IMG/VR virus record: IMGVR_UViG_3300025837_000016
Span: 1 to 26,923 of that record
Length of the DNA: 26,923 nucleotides
Source of the DNA: a virus
Taxonomy: Duplodnaviria > Caudoviricetes
Direction: 5' to 3' (one strand)
The number at the start of each line of letters is the position of its first letter. The stretch's first letter is position 1. The notes beneath the pieces are model-generated. The model was not told where the DNA came from. It was given only the letters and a program-made list of their open reading frames with translations, and ran no database searches. A program made the translations under genes and the position numbers. Shown here in pieces: positions 26,628 to 26,923 of this stretch.

Positions 26628-26915
26628 TTAACCATCTTTGCTAACTGATTTTACTACTTTTATTTGTACGTATTTGCCTGGATTTTTATTAGAGAAATGT
26701 GTCTTCGCCTCTGAACGCGACATATAATTGCCAGTAACTTGTAACCCTTTATCTACTCCATCTACTATTACACGAAATGATTTTGTTTTATTCAACTTAG
26801 TATTTGCTCTATTCTCGTTGTGTCGTTTAAACTTTCGTGTGCTACGAGACAAGAACAGCCCAGATTGACGTTGTTTAACGGCTTGTAACATTTCGTTTAG
26901 TTCTATTAATGTCAT
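26628..26915 (-). CDS. Hypothetical basic protein
   Basis: 95 aa upstream of gp17; MTLIELNE leader; no recognisable gp16 features. Confidence 0.65.
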   Translation of the reverse strand: MTLIELNEMLQAVKQRQSGLFLSRSTRKFKRHNENRANTKLNKTKSFRVIVDGVDKGLQVTGNYMSRSEAKTHFSNKNPGKYVQIKVVKSVSKDG

Positions 26916-26923
26916 CTCATTAC

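Noticed and set aside
1-26923. tRNA or rRNA genes
   Set aside because: No cloverleaf or rRNA-like sequence seen in the few intergenic gaps (by eye only).

Overview
AT-rich segment of a T4-like (Tevenvirinae/cyanophage-type) myovirus genome, with every credible gene on the minus strand. In transcription order (right to left): a hypothetical gene; terminase large subunit gp17, fractured into two genes by a GIY-YIG homing endonuclease and carrying one contiguous mini-intein plus one naturally split intein; an ~8 kb accessory block (modular nuclease-like protein, ligase-fold protein, HIGH-type nucleotidyltransferase, AT-hook protein, Ig-like/tail-associated proteins, i/o-spanins); gp18, gp19, gp20 portal (with an HNH intein), gp67-like, gp21; a direct-repeat-bounded insert with a frameshifted TnpB, its predicted omegaRNA and a modular gene; then gp22, gp23, gp3, uvsY, uvsW, a conserved hypothetical and gp55 (runs off the left edge). 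Most notable: (1) the terminase must apparently be built by cis- plus trans-splicing from two similar inteins; (2) a set of His-rich modular proteins carries capsid-targeting-like N-termini and gp21-type cleavage sites between domains, including an RMF-like module and a nuclease/ligase/nucleotidyltransferase trio, suggesting a virion-packaged, protease-processed cargo system; (3) a late-promoter-associated TnpB is disabled by one 5-nt duplication. All family assignments come from motif recognition and synteny; no database search was run.
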